Notes: generated by a model from the letters alone, not told the origin. Positions 1 through 9,260 are shown, counted from the first letter of the stretch. The stretch: 19,839 nucleotides of DNA from Candidatus Jordarchaeales archaeon (GCA_038858525.1 JAWCFL010000009.1:1-19839); one strand, 5' to 3'. A program made the numbers and translations.

Positions 1-733
1 TGGCAGGTTAAAGGCTCAAGGCTTGTAAAATTTAATAACGAATACTACCTTCATGCCACTTTTAGGAGGACGGTTGAGGAGAGAAAGTCCGAAGGCGTGC
101 TGGGCATCGATGTCAACGAGTGTAGTGTAGATTTGGCTGTTGTGAAGCCGGGTAAGGTCAGGTTCATCAAGATAAATTATAGGAGAGGCGAAACACGTTA
201 GAGGCAGGTATTTGAGGAAGAGGAGGAGCATTCAGGGTGAGACCTCGGGGAAGACAAGAGCTGGGCTGCTGGCGAAGTATTCTGGGAGGGAGGAGCGGAG
301 GGTGAACGACGTACTTCATAGGGCGGCGAAGGTTGTAGCTGGTGTGGTTGCCGAGGAAAACGTTAAACCGGTAATGGAGGAGCTCACCCACATAAGGGAA
401 AGAATACGGTATGGTGGGGTGATGAATAGGAGGCTCCACAGCATCCCATTCAGAAGAATCCAGTTCTACATCTCCTATAAGGGGATGGAGCATGGCTTTA
501 AGCCGGAAACTGTTGACGCTAAGAACACCTCTAGGACGTGCCCGATGTGTGGCGAAATTAGTAAGCCGAATGGGCATGTCTTCAAGTGTAGGCGGTGCGG
601 GTTCCAGGCGGATAGACACTTTGTCGCTGCATGGAACATTGCCATGAAGCTCTTGATGTGCCGTCCTTTACCGTTGGCGGCGAAAGCCACCGATGAATTT
701 AAAGAGGTGGAACGGATAGTCATAAAAAGTTAA
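1..733 (+). pseudogene. tnpB: TnpB RNA-guided endonuclease, 5'-partial, frameshifted at ~177-178
   Basis: Frame 1 from base 1 reads WQVKGSRLVKFNNEYYLHATF...VLGIDVNECSVDLAVV (RuvC-I) and stops at TAG 199-201. Frame 2 from 179 reads IGEAKHVRGRYLRKRRSIQ...VMEEL (RuvC-II), the Zn finger CPMC..CRRC and ADRHFVAAWNI (RuvC-III). Removing one T at 177/178 joins the two frames. Confidence 0.88.
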
Positions 734-748
734 CTATCCGACAACGGT
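670..748 (+). ncRNA. Putative omega/reRNA scaffold and right-end hairpins of the TnpB element
   Basis: Outer stem accgttg (670-676) pairs with caacggt (742-748). A GAAA-tetraloop hairpin ggcggc-gaaa-gccacc lies at 676-691 (one mismatch). A perfect 8-bp hairpin cggatagt (713-720) / actatccg (733-740) follows. The region overlaps the last tnpB codons, as known omega-RNAs do. Confidence 0.65.
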
Positions 749-1432
749 GGTAGCTGGCTTACTGCCATGAGAACTGGAGCTGCGGGTGGCATCGCCGCTA
801 AGTACCTTGCTAAACCAAGTTCAGGTTCTGTTTGTTTCATTGGTGCCGGGACACAAGCTAGAACCCGGCTTATGGCGCTGAAAATCGTGCTAGGCGAGCT
901 TCGAAAAGTAAGCGTTTACGATTTGAAGGCTGAGGCATCATGCAGCTTCACCGAGTACGCGAAGGTTTTTCTGGAGGGCGATGCAAAGGTAAAAGTTTGT
1001 AGTTCTCCTCGAGAAGCCGTAGAGGGGGCGGACATAATAGTCACTACAACCCCCTCAAGGGAGCCTGTAGTCATGAACGAGTGGGTTTCGGAGGGAGTTC
1101 ACTTTAATTGTATAGGAGCTGACGCGCCTGGAAAGCAAGAAATTGACCCAGTCATTCTAGTGAAGGCAAAGGTCGTAGTTGATGACGTGGAGCAAGCGGT
1201 TCACTGTGGCGAGATAAACGTCCCAATCAAGAGTGGGATCTTCGACTCTAGAATGATTTATGGAGAACTGGGGGAAATAGTGGCTGGACTTAAGAAAGGT
1301 AGAGAGTCGGATGGGGAAATAACGGTCTTCACATCCACCGGGATAGCCATTCAGGACGCCGCCACCGCCAAGCTAGCATACGAAAAAGCGCTTATGAGGG
1401 GGGTTGGAACAAGGATTAACTTTGTAATCTGA
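749..1432 (+). pseudogene. Alanine dehydrogenase / ornithine cyclodeaminase (mu-crystallin family), 3' fragment cut off by the IS insertion
   Basis: GSWLTAMRTGAAGGIAAKYLA, GAGTQA dinucleotide-binding motif, HFNCIGADAPGKQE and FTSTGIAIQDAA. Roughly the first third of a typical ~320-aa family member is missing; the ORF-track ATG at 767 is an internal Met. Confidence 0.85.
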
Positions 1433-1581
1433 ACCCGGCAGCGGCCATCAACTAAACTCCTATCGCCTGCTTCCCACACCATAAAAATCCTCATCAATAA
1501 AAACTCCGCGAGGATTAAAACCACTATGTCCCTGCAATTACTTTTTGCCTTTACATTTGCTCGATCCCGAAGATACGTTTT

Positions 1582-1764
1582 TCATACATCAAAATTCCTT
1601 TCTAGATTCCACTCTAGACCCTCCATACATTCACCGTGCTTCCTGAAAAAGCCTTCTGGAACGGGTTGACAACGTAGCTCCTCGACTTTTTTCATTCCTA
1701 GTCGGCGGTGTATCTTGCTGGTGCCAACTGTATTCTCGCATGGTTTACTAGGTAACCATTTCAA
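1582..1764 (-). pseudogene. Possible degraded GNAT acetyltransferase C-terminal remnant
   Basis: ENTVGTSKIHRRLGMKKVEEL...FFRKHGECMEGLE loosely resembles the N-x-x-S-x-x-L-H-x-K-L-G-F motif of RimJ/PAT-like GNATs. Resemblance judged by eye only. Confidence 0.25.
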
Positions 1765-2034
1765 GGTTCCACCTTTTCATGTGCTCTTATAGCGTTAGGG
1801 CGCAACTGAGACGACGACAATCCCCGTAATGCAGGAAACCTCTTTTCAAGCACCTCTATAATCTCACACGTTGCTACCCGCTCAACATTAAAACCCTGTA
1901 AGCATACTATGATAACTCCGAGAAACGTCGTAGTCGGAAATAAGGCAATTCCCCCCCCTTAAAAATCAAGTAGGATAAAGAGCAGATTTTTGGCTGGATT
2001 ATCGAAGCGGAACGTGGCGCCAGTAAGAAGTCAT

Positions 2035-2070
2035 CTTTCTTCTTTAACCCTCCTTTCTTCTTTAACCCTC
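2035..2070. repeat. 18-bp perfect tandem duplication
   Basis: ctttcttctttaaccctc at 2035-2052 and 2053-2070. Confidence 0.95.
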
Positions 2071-2520
2071 CTTCTCATGGCGTGTCCCCTTTAATGTGCC
2101 ACTTGCTCCTCACCTAGACGCGAAGGGGGTTGCGGATTCTTCCAAGAAACTCTAAGGCGCCATCAATCCCTTCTCAAGGTTATTCTACTGGTTGGCTTTA
2201 ATAACGCCGCCTTTAACCTCCACCTCAACACCCTACCTCATTCAAGTCTACCTCTTCTGACCTCCCTCCGGCACCAGCACCTCCAACGTCAACCTTATTT
2301 TCAGCTAAATAAACCACTAAACACTGTATTCTTAGCAGAAACTTTTTAGCAAAGCCAACTTGGTAGCACTGCTAAGCAGGAAGCACTAGTTGGGGCACAC
2401 TTAGATGCTGCCACCTAACAGCTAATCCCAAGTTTATAGCGTAGTGCCGGGGCCTTGGATTCCCAGACCACAGACATATGGCGTCTTTTTTCGAAGGGCA
2501 TTTGTTGCACGGCCATCTTT

Positions 2521-4188
2521 TCAGAACTCTGTCCTATGCGCGTATTCCCCGTAGACTTCTCTTAGAACGCCGCACAGTTCGCCGATTGTAGCGTATGCCT
2601 TCACAGCTTTTATGATCACCGGCATGAGATTCTCCCTTCCCTCCTCTGCCTTTACCCTTAACTCCTCCAGCGCGTCCTTCACCTTTTCGTTGTCCCTTTC
2701 TCTCCTCAACTTCTCTAAGTTTTTCACAGCCTTCTCCTCGACCGTTGGGTCAACTCTGTGTACTGGAACCCTAACCTTATCTTCTTCTCTAAACATGTTG
2801 ATTCCAACTATGATCGCTTCTCCTCTCTCGACGGCTTTCTGGAAGCTGTACGCTTTACTAGATATTTCCCTCTGAACGTAGCCTTTCTCTATCGCCGAGA
2901 CCATACCCCCCATACCCTCTATTTCTTCAATGTATCTCTCCGCCTTTTCCTCTATAGTGTCGGTTAAAGCTTCTACATAGTATGACCCGCCGAGCGGGTC
3001 TATGGTGTCAGCTACCCCTGTCTCATACGCTATAATCTGCTGTGTTCTAAGGGCAACTTTGACCGCTTCCTCGCTCGGCAAAGCCAGCGCCTCATCGTAA
3101 GAGTTTGTGTGGAGCGACTGGGCTCCTCCTAGGACTGCGGCAAGCGCCTGAATGGCGACTCTAACAATGTTGTTGAGGGGTTGCTGCGCCGTTAGCGTTG
3201 ATCCGGCTGTCTGCACGTGGAACCGCAGCATCATAGCCTCCCTGCTCTTCGCCCCGAATTTTTCCTTCATTATCTTGGCCCACAACCTTCTCGCAGCCCT
3301 AAACTTAGCTACCTCCTCGAAGAAGTTGTTGTGGGCGCTGAAGAAAAAGGATAGCCTGCCAGCGAACTTGTCCACGTCAAGCCCTCTCTCCATGACCGCT
3401 CTAACATACTCTATTCCATCGGCTAGGGTGAATGCGACCTCCTGCACCGCGTCAGCCCCGGCCTCCCTTATATGGTAACCAGAGATCGATATTGGGTTCC
3501 AGAGAGGCATGTTGCGAGCACAGTACTCTATGACGTCGACCACGAGCTTCATTGACGGCTTTGGAGGAAAGATGTACATTCCTCTAGCTATATACTCCTT
3601 TAATATGTCGTTTTGAACAGTTCCGCGTAGCTCGGACGGAGGGATCCCCCTCTTCTCTGCAAGCGCAACATACATGGCGAGGATGACCGCCGTCGGAGCA
3701 TTAATCGTCATGGAAGTGCTTACCTTGTCGAGTGGTATTCCGTCAAAGAGGACTTCCATGTCTCTCAGAGAGCTCACGGCAACCCCGACTCTCCCAACCT
3801 CCCCCGCCGCTAACGGATGGTCAGAGTCGTAACCCATCTGCGTCGGGAGGTCAAAGGCGACGCTGAGCCCAGTTTGACCCTGAGATAGCAGGTACTTGAA
3901 CCTCCTGTTGCTCTCCTCGGCAGTGCCAAACCCGGCGTACTGCCGCATAGTCCACAAGCGTCCACGATACATGGTCTCGTAAACTCCCCGCGTGAAGGGG
4001 TACTCGCCTGGAAAGCCAAGCTTCTCCAAATACTTCTCCTCGCCAAAGTCCAGGGGAGTGTAAATCCTCTTAACCTCAATCCCCGAGGAAGTCCTAAACT
4101 CCCTAACTCTCTCAGGCTGTTTGGCTAGCGAGTTTTCAACTTTCTCGCTCCAACTCTTAAGCCTCTTTTCGAGGTCATCCTTACTCAT
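2521..4188 (-). CDS. mcmA1: Methylmalonyl-CoA mutase, substrate-binding (large) subunit of a split enzyme
   Basis: 555 aa with [14 protein letters not shown] (Tyr specificity residue), [42 protein letters not shown] and HTNSYDEAL. No DxHxxG B12-binding domain. GGAGGA SD upstream. Confidence 0.95.
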   Translation of the reverse strand: MSKDDLEKRLKSWSEKVENSLAKQPERVREFRTSSGIEVKRIYTPLDFGEEKYLEKLGFPGEYPFTRGVYETMYRGRLWTMRQYAGFGTAEESNRRFKYLLSQGQTGLSVAFDLPTQMGYDSDHPLAAGEVGRVGVAVSSLRDMEVLFDGIPLDKVSTSMTINAPTAVILAMYVALAEKRGIPPSELRGTVQNDILKEYIARGMYIFPPKPSMKLVVDVIEYCARNMPLWNPISISGYHIREAGADAVQEVAFTLADGIEYVRAVMERGLDVDKFAGRLSFFFSAHNNFFEEVAKFRAARRLWAKIMKEKFGAKSREAMMLRFHVQTAGSTLTAQQPLNNIVRVAIQALAAVLGGAQSLHTNSYDEALALPSEEAVKVALRTQQIIAYETGVADTIDPLGGSYYVEALTDTIEEKAERYIEEIEGMGGMVSAIEKGYVQREISSKAYSFQKAVERGEAIIVGINMFREEDKVRVPVHRVDPTVEEKAVKNLEKLRRERDNEKVKDALEELRVKAEEGRENLMPVIIKAVKAYATIGELCGVLREVYGEYAHRTEF

Positions 4189-4190
4189 GC

Positions 4191-4538
4191 TTACTCCTCC
4201 GGAACAAGTATTAGACCACGTATAGGAGCGCCGCCCACCTCCCCAACAACGTCGATGACTGCCCTAACCTTCACTCCAACCTTCAAGTCCTTCCCCCTCA
4301 CTCGGCCAAAACACCTTACCCCACCGAACTCGGCTATGCCAAGCGCATATGGAGCCTCGCCCCTAGCCCTTTCCGGCAAAGCGTGAAGAAGCGTGAAGGA
4401 CACCAGGCTACCCGACTCCCAGCCCGGGTGAAACTCCTCAAACCCATCGAACCTGCACTTCACACACCTCGCCCTCGGAAATTGTATTTGCCCACACCTC
4501 TTACACTTAACGTATGAGACCTCTCTCACCCTTCTCAC
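4191..4538 (-). CDS. DUF35-type Zn-ribbon/OB-fold protein (thiolase partner)
   Basis: CKRC..CVKC rubredoxin-like ribbon followed by an OB-fold (SFT...PYALGIAEF...RCFGR). GTGA start/stop overlap with the upstream thiolase-like gene. Confidence 0.9.
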   Translation of the reverse strand: MRRVREVSYVKCKRCGQIQFPRARCVKCRFDGFEEFHPGWESGSLVSFTLLHALPERARGEAPYALGIAEFGGVRCFGRVRGKDLKVGVKVRAVIDVVGEVGGAPIRGLILVPEE

Positions 4539-5689
4539 CTTCTTTCAAGTATATGGACGAGGATGCTGTTCCCGAAGCCTCCGAAGTTGACGGATAACCC
4601 AACCTCGGCTCCCTCAACTTGCCTCCTCCCAGCTTCCCCCCTAAGCTGCCACGTTAACTCAACGATCTGAGCTACGCCGGTCGCGCCGAGCGGATGCCCC
4701 CTAGCCTTTAATCCCCCGCTCGGGTTTATCGGGATCCTCCCTCCAAGCCATGTTTCTCCCTCCTCCACCGCTCTCGCTCCCTCCCCCTTCCTGAAAAATC
4801 CTACGTCCTCGGACTGCACTACTTCGAGTATGGTGAAAGCGTCGTGAAGCTCTGCCACGTCAACGTCGCCCGGCTCCACTCCCGCCATCTCATAAGCTTT
4901 CTCGGACGCCACTCTAAGAGCACTGAGAACGGTGGGGTCATCTCTCTCTGTTACTGACTGAACATCCGTGGCGTGACCAACACCCTTGATTATTACGGGC
5001 GTATCCGTGAACTCGCTCGCCCTCTCAGCGGGGCACAGGACTAATGCTGCAGCTCCATCGCTCACAGGGCAGACATCGTATAGGCGAAGCGGCTCCGCCA
5101 CCACAGGGGAGTTAAGCACGTCGTCAAGCGTGATCTCCTTCTGGAAGTGAGCGTAAGGGTTGAGAGAGCCATTCTTGTGGTTCTTGACAGCTACAAGCGA
5201 AATCGACTCCCGCCTAACCCCATATTTCTCCATGTACATCCTAGCGAGGAGGGCTCCAAGCGAAGGTAGAGTTGCTCCGCACGCGTACTCGTAAGGGTGA
5301 AGTAGCGTCGATATGACGTCCGCCAGTCTACCTGTAGGCGTGTCGGTCATTTTCTCTCCTCCAGCAACGAGAACCAAGTCATGAATCCCCGACGCGACCG
5401 CCATGAAACCCGCCTTAACAGCTGAGCCCCCACTTGCTGGACCATTCTCTATTCTGTCAGCCGCCGCTGGTAGGAGCCCTATTCTGTCAGCCAGCACACT
5501 GGCAACCCCGGTAACGCCGTTAAGCTCGCCGGAGCACATGTTGCCCACATAGATGGCGTCGAACCCCCTCTCGGAGGCTCCAGCATCCGTTATCGCCGCC
5601 AGGGATGCTTCAACGAGAAGGTCGACAAGCCCCCTCTCCAGCTTTCCGAAACGCGTCATGCCACAACCAATAATAGCTACGCCACGCAT
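4535..5689 (-). CDS. SCP2-type thiolase-domain protein lacking the canonical nucleophilic Cys
   Basis: 384 aa thiolase fold with [37 protein letters not shown] and [17 protein letters not shown]. The usual E-x-A-C-A-S-G motif reads ENGPASG. Confidence 0.9.
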   Translation of the reverse strand: MRGVAIIGCGMTRFGKLERGLVDLLVEASLAAITDAGASERGFDAIYVGNMCSGELNGVTGVASVLADRIGLLPAAADRIENGPASGGSAVKAGFMAVASGIHDLVLVAGGEKMTDTPTGRLADVISTLLHPYEYACGATLPSLGALLARMYMEKYGVRRESISLVAVKNHKNGSLNPYAHFQKEITLDDVLNSPVVAEPLRLYDVCPVSDGAAALVLCPAERASEFTDTPVIIKGVGHATDVQSVTERDDPTVLSALRVASEKAYEMAGVEPGDVDVAELHDAFTILEVVQSEDVGFFRKGEGARAVEEGETWLGGRIPINPSGGLKARGHPLGATGVAQIVELTWQLRGEAGRRQVEGAEVGLSVNFGGFGNSILVHILERR

Positions 5690-5735
5690 CCTCCCACCCC
5701 TCCCTCAAAAAATCAAAAGGAAGAAAAAGGTTCGT

Positions 5736-6911
5736 TTATGGTCTCTCTATTAGGACTGCTGTTCCTTGTCCTCCGCCGCAGCACATGTTTGCGATTCCAT
5801 ACCTGCCGTCCATCAGGTTCAGTATCCTTGCCAGTGTCCCCGTCAGCCTTGCCCCCGTCATGCCCAGCGGGTGGCCGATGGCTATTGCTCCACCCTTAAC
5901 ATTTACGATGTCCGGGTTTATTCCGAGTTCCCTTATGCAGTAGAGTGTTACGACGGCGAACGCCTCGTTTATTTCCCAGAAATCTATGTCGCTCACTTTA
6001 AGCTTTGCCTTCTTCAAGATCTTCTTTGAAGCTGGAACCGGCCCCTTCCCCATGACGCTCGGGTCTACACCAGCCCAAGCAGCGTATCTCAGGTATGCCA
6101 TTGGCTCAATGCCGTACTCCTTAGCTTTCTTTTCGCTCATCAATATGACTGCTCCTGCACCGGCGTTCAATGGCGACGAGTTGCCCGCCGTTATGATGCC
6201 ACCCGGCTTAAATGCTGGCGGCAGGCTTGCGATCTTCTCGAGCGTAGTGTCCTCCCTAACGCTCTGATCCCTGTCTATCACGGTCTTTGTGCCGTCAGCC
6301 AAAGTGACCTCGATGGGAAGGATCTCGTCTTTGAAGTATCCTTCCTTATAGGCTTTGGCTGCTAGCTGGTGGCTTCTCAGGGACCACTCGTCCATCTCCC
6401 GCTTGGTTATGCCTGACTCCTCAGCCAGCTTCTCAGCGGTCAAACCCATGTTGAACGCGATCATCCAATCAAACCTTTTCTCTCTCTTAATGTATTCCGC
6501 GTTGGGGCTTATGTTCGCCCCCATGGGGACGTGAGTCATGTGCTCGTAGCCGCCCGCCACCACAACCTCCGAAACGCCCGTCTCGATCTCCATCGCCCCT
6601 ATGCCTATCGCGGTCATAGCTGAGCCACACTGTCTCTCAACGCCGAGTGCAGGGGTTTCAAACTCCAGCCCCGCTTGAAGACTTATCAGTCTACCGCCGT
6701 AGTTGAACTGCTCCCCGGACTGGTTGGCGCACCCCATGATGCAGTGATCAATATCCTTTTTGTCTATTCCAGTACGTTCTACAAGCTCTTTCACAACTAT
6801 AGCAGCCAGCTCATCCGCTCTCACACTGTTAAAAACATCTTTTTCAGGTTCCTTCGGCCGAGACCTAGAAATAGGAGTTCTCAAGTAACCCGCAATAACC
6901 ACGTTCCACAC
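5736..6911 (-). CDS. fadA: Acetyl-CoA C-acyltransferase (canonical thiolase)
   Basis: ERQCGSA (nucleophile), EINEAF, GHPLG and MCCGGGQG are all intact. Start re-assigned to GTG at 6911, downstream of a GGAGG SD, giving ~391 aa; the track's start at 6998 adds a non-homologous leader. Confidence 0.93.
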   Translation of the reverse strand: MWNVVIAGYLRTPISRSRPKEPEKDVFNSVRADELAAIVVKELVERTGIDKKDIDHCIMGCANQSGEQFNYGGRLISLQAGLEFETPALGVERQCGSAMTAIGIGAMEIETGVSEVVVAGGYEHMTHVPMGANISPNAEYIKREKRFDWMIAFNMGLTAEKLAEESGITKREMDEWSLRSHQLAAKAYKEGYFKDEILPIEVTLADGTKTVIDRDQSVREDTTLEKIASLPPAFKPGGIITAGNSSPLNAGAGAVILMSEKKAKEYGIEPMAYLRYAAWAGVDPSVMGKGPVPASKKILKKAKLKVSDIDFWEINEAFAVVTLYCIRELGINPDIVNVKGGAIAIGHPLGMTGARLTGTLARILNLMDGRYGIANMCCGGGQGTAVLIERP

Positions 6912-7081
6912 GGCACATCTCCCTCCATAGGTTCGTCTTAACGGCTTTTGAATAGCTCTTATTAACTTTCCGCCATAAGGCAAAGCAGCATCAACCATAA
7001 AAAGACTTCATTCGGCGACTACAACTTAACTTTTAAAGGGAGAGAAGGCGCTTGTTCCTATGGTTTTAGTGGTGGGAGAAA

Positions 7082-7450
7082 TTGGGAAGAATTTACGTTG
7101 TGCACAAGCATTACGCGCGTCGCCTACACTGGGATTTGAGGTTGGAGAAGGATGGCTTCCTCAAAAGCTGGGCTGTGCCCAAGGAGCCCCCAAGCGAGAA
7201 GGGAGTGAGGAGACTTGCAATAGCCACAGAGGACCACTCCATAGAGTACGCTGAATTTGAAGGCTTCATCCCCGAAGGGGAGTATGGCGCGGGAAAAGTC
7301 GAAATATGGGACCGCGGCGTCTATGAGGAGGAAAAATGGGTTAACGACGAAATAATAGTCCTTTTGAAAGGGGAAAAGCTGAGGGGCCGATACTGCCTAG
7401 TAAGGTTCAAGAAGGTAAAAGACGGATGGTTGCTCTTCAGATACGATTAG
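7082..7450 (+). CDS. Stand-alone LigD-type DNA 3'-phosphoesterase (PE domain)
   Basis: 122 aa: VHKHYARRLHWDLRLE, KSWAVPK, LAIATEDHSIEY, FEGFIPEGEYGAGKVEIWDRG. The His/His/Asp metal ligands and Arg/His/Tyr phosphate-binding residues are present. Confidence 0.92.
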   Translation: MGRIYVVHKHYARRLHWDLRLEKDGFLKSWAVPKEPPSEKGVRRLAIATEDHSIEYAEFEGFIPEGEYGAGKVEIWDRGVYEEEKWVNDEIIVLLKGEKLRGRYCLVRFKKVKDGWLLFRYD

Positions 7451-7549
7451 CTCTAAGAGCATCTGCGTCTTCATAGTTCTGTTCGCGTTAAAGTTGCACG
7501 CCGCAACATTAACTTGTTGAGTCAGCTTCCACGACCGCTCAACGTACTC

Positions 7550-8398
7550 TTAACCCTCAGCGCGTTTTTCTAAAGTTAGTAGCATGCTTCCCTCTCTATA
7601 TCCCTCCAAGTCTAGTGTCACGTACTTAAAGCCCAGCGTCTTAAGTTCCTCAGCGATCCTTCGCATTACTTCGACGTCAAAAAGGCGTTTCACCTCGCCT
7701 TCCTCAACTTCTATTCTTGCCAGCCCGTTATGGTCTCTGACTCTAACCTGCCTCACCCCGGCTATGCGTTTCACGGCCGCCTCGGCTCTGCCAACCCTCA
7801 CAACCCTCTCAACAGTTATCCTCTCGTTGAAAGGTATGCGTGACGCCAAACACGCCATTGATGGCTTATCATGCACGGAAAGACCAATAATCCCGGCCAG
7901 CCTCCTAATTTCTTCCTTCGTAAAGCCAGCTTCAACCCAAGGACTGTAAACATCCCCCTCCTCTGAAACAGCCCTCCACCCGGGTCTGTGCCCTTTCAAG
8001 TCGGATAAGTTTGTCCCCTCGAAGACGGCGCCTAATCCGAGGTCTCCCGCAATCCTCTTCAAAGCCCTCAGCAGGCTCTTCTTGCAGTAGTAGCACCTGT
8101 CCTCCGGGTTCCGAACGAAGTTCTCATCCGAAAACTCATCGCTCTCGACGAGAAGATGCCTTACCCCTATCTCCCGCGCAACCTTACTTGCCTCCTCAAC
8201 TTCCTCCGAAGGGTAAAGTGGCGAGACAGCGGTAACAGCGACAACCCTGTCGCCCAGCAAGTTGCGGCAAACCGCAGCTAGCGTGGAGCTGTCAACGCCT
8301 CCAGAGAAAGCGACGACAACGCCTCTCCTCCCCTTATCAAGTATAAACTTCCTCAACTTATCGTATTTCTCGTCGAACGATAGTTGGCTAGCTTCCAA
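7550..8398 (-). CDS. larE: LarE-family ATP-dependent sulfur transferase (PP-loop)
   Basis: VAFSGGVDS PP-loop, DRCYYCK, EGTNLSD, HRPG, KPSMACLASRIP, VRVRDH...ARIE and VTLDLEGYREGSM. Confidence 0.92.
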   Translation of the reverse strand: MEASQLSFDEKYDKLRKFILDKGRRGVVVAFSGGVDSSTLAAVCRNLLGDRVVAVTAVSPLYPSEEVEEASKVAREIGVRHLLVESDEFSDENFVRNPEDRCYYCKKSLLRALKRIAGDLGLGAVFEGTNLSDLKGHRPGWRAVSEEGDVYSPWVEAGFTKEEIRRLAGIIGLSVHDKPSMACLASRIPFNERITVERVVRVGRAEAAVKRIAGVRQVRVRDHNGLARIEVEEGEVKRLFDVEVMRRIAEELKTLGFKYVTLDLEGYREGSMLLTLEKRAEG

Positions 8399-8508
8399 AT
8401 TATGCCCCTCAAAGACACTTAAAGGTAACCAAAATTAAAGTTGACGCTCCTTCATCAAGAGAAAGAGCCACGCCTCCAGAATACGCTTACCTCTACTAGG
8501 AAGCCACT

Positions 8509-8994
8509 CTAATCCACATTAGCTGTTCGTTGAACGGAGTTTAACAGGTCTTCGAGAAATAATATTTGCACGTCAAATGGTCTCTTCTCGTTCTCATCAG
8601 CTAACTCCTTTTCCCTAACCGCGAAGAGAGCTGGCGCAGAAACATACTTAGCTAAACCCAAAGTGAAGCAGTCAGCCAATGAAACCTTGCGCTCACACTT
8701 ATACTTCGCAGAGAGCTCGAAAATGCGGCCTACATCTTCAACTATGAAGTATCCTGACCTAACCAGACTTGTAACCTTCTCGCTAGCCGTCCGCCAACCA
8801 ATGTGCCTGCAAAGAACGTATAATGCCTCAGCTAACGTAATATGCGTTACGTACGGGATAATTTCCCCATCCTGAATCATCCTTTTAATCACGTTTCCCC
8901 TAATCGTTGATAAAAGCAACTCCACAATCACGCTCGTGTCAAGCACTAATTTACCTCTAGGTAGTTCCCCGTCAGACCTCCTCCTCTCCTTCAA
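8509..8994 (-). CDS. vapC: PIN-domain (VapC-like) ribonuclease toxin
   Basis: LVLDTSVIVE, ITLAEALY and VSLADCFTLGLA carry the PIN acidic residues. The gene overlaps the upstream small gene. Confidence 0.85.
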   Translation of the reverse strand: MKERRRSDGELPRGKLVLDTSVIVELLLSTIRGNVIKRMIQDGEIIPYVTHITLAEALYVLCRHIGWRTASEKVTSLVRSGYFIVEDVGRIFELSAKYKCERKVSLADCFTLGLAKYVSAPALFAVREKELADENEKRPFDVQILFLEDLLNSVQRTANVD

Positions 8995-9226
8995 GATCCC
9001 TTCTCCTCTCCTCTACAAGACTTCTAATAACCAACTCTGGACGGACGCCTTCTATAGGCCTACAGGCCTCCTCCAGCAGTTCAGGCTTCCTTCTCCTTTC
9101 AAGTATCAGATACATTATTGCATCCTCGAAATCCACCTTTCTCCCCCACTTCAATTGTAGCTTCGCCATCTCCCGCAACAACTCTCTCTTAACAGCATCA
9201 GAAAGAGAAATCGTAGTACGCCCCAC
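8972..9226 (-). CDS. Putative VapB-like antitoxin (ribbon-helix-helix-type N-terminus)
   Basis: From GTG 9226: MGRTTISLSDAVKRELLREMAKLQLKWGRKVDFEDAIMYLI..., a beta-strand followed by two helices, with a charged C-terminus. Directly upstream of and overlapping the PIN gene. Confidence 0.72.
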   Translation of the reverse strand: MGRTTISLSDAVKRELLREMAKLQLKWGRKVDFEDAIMYLILERRRKPELLEEACRPIEGVRPELVIRSLVEERRRDLEGEEEV

Positions 9227-9260
9227 AATCACCACCCATCTTCCTCGCAACCACACATAG

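Larger units (their letters stand above)
1..748 (+). mobile_element. IS200/IS605-family element, 3' portion (left end and any tnpA lie outside the window); right end at ~748
   Basis: Contains tnpB coding sequence and a structured right-end region (670-748). Host alanine dehydrogenase sequence resumes in frame at 749 (ggt agc tgg ctt act gcc atg = GSWLTAM). Confidence 0.85.

Noticed and set aside
2025-2078. Mini-ORF MRRRVKEERRVKEER on the minus strand
   Set aside because: Its internal repeat is simply the 18-bp duplication; it is too short to support as a gene.
2331-2393. Cluster of short inverted repeats (cttagcag/ctgctaag, ccaact/agttgg) as a possible structured RNA
   Set aside because: The stems are short and mutually competing, and no tRNA, C/D box or riboswitch pattern was recognisable.
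5449-5492. 14-bp direct repeat (ctattctgtcagcc) encoding ADRI twice just before the Cys-less motif
   Set aside because: In frame, 30 nt apart and does not alter protein length; probably coincidental or a local conversion, with no functional claim possible.
6912-6998. Track starts for the thiolase (6998), and likewise antitoxin (9274), oxidoreductase (10731), endonuclease (15205) and hypothetical protein (18726)
   Set aside because: Homology start points and SD positions favour 6911, 9226 and 10713. The last two are internal codons downstream of frameshifts.
7450-7519. Short palindromes between the convergent PE and larE genes (gctct-a-agagc; caaca-ttaact-tgttg)
   Set aside because: 5-bp arms are expected by chance; insufficient to call terminators.
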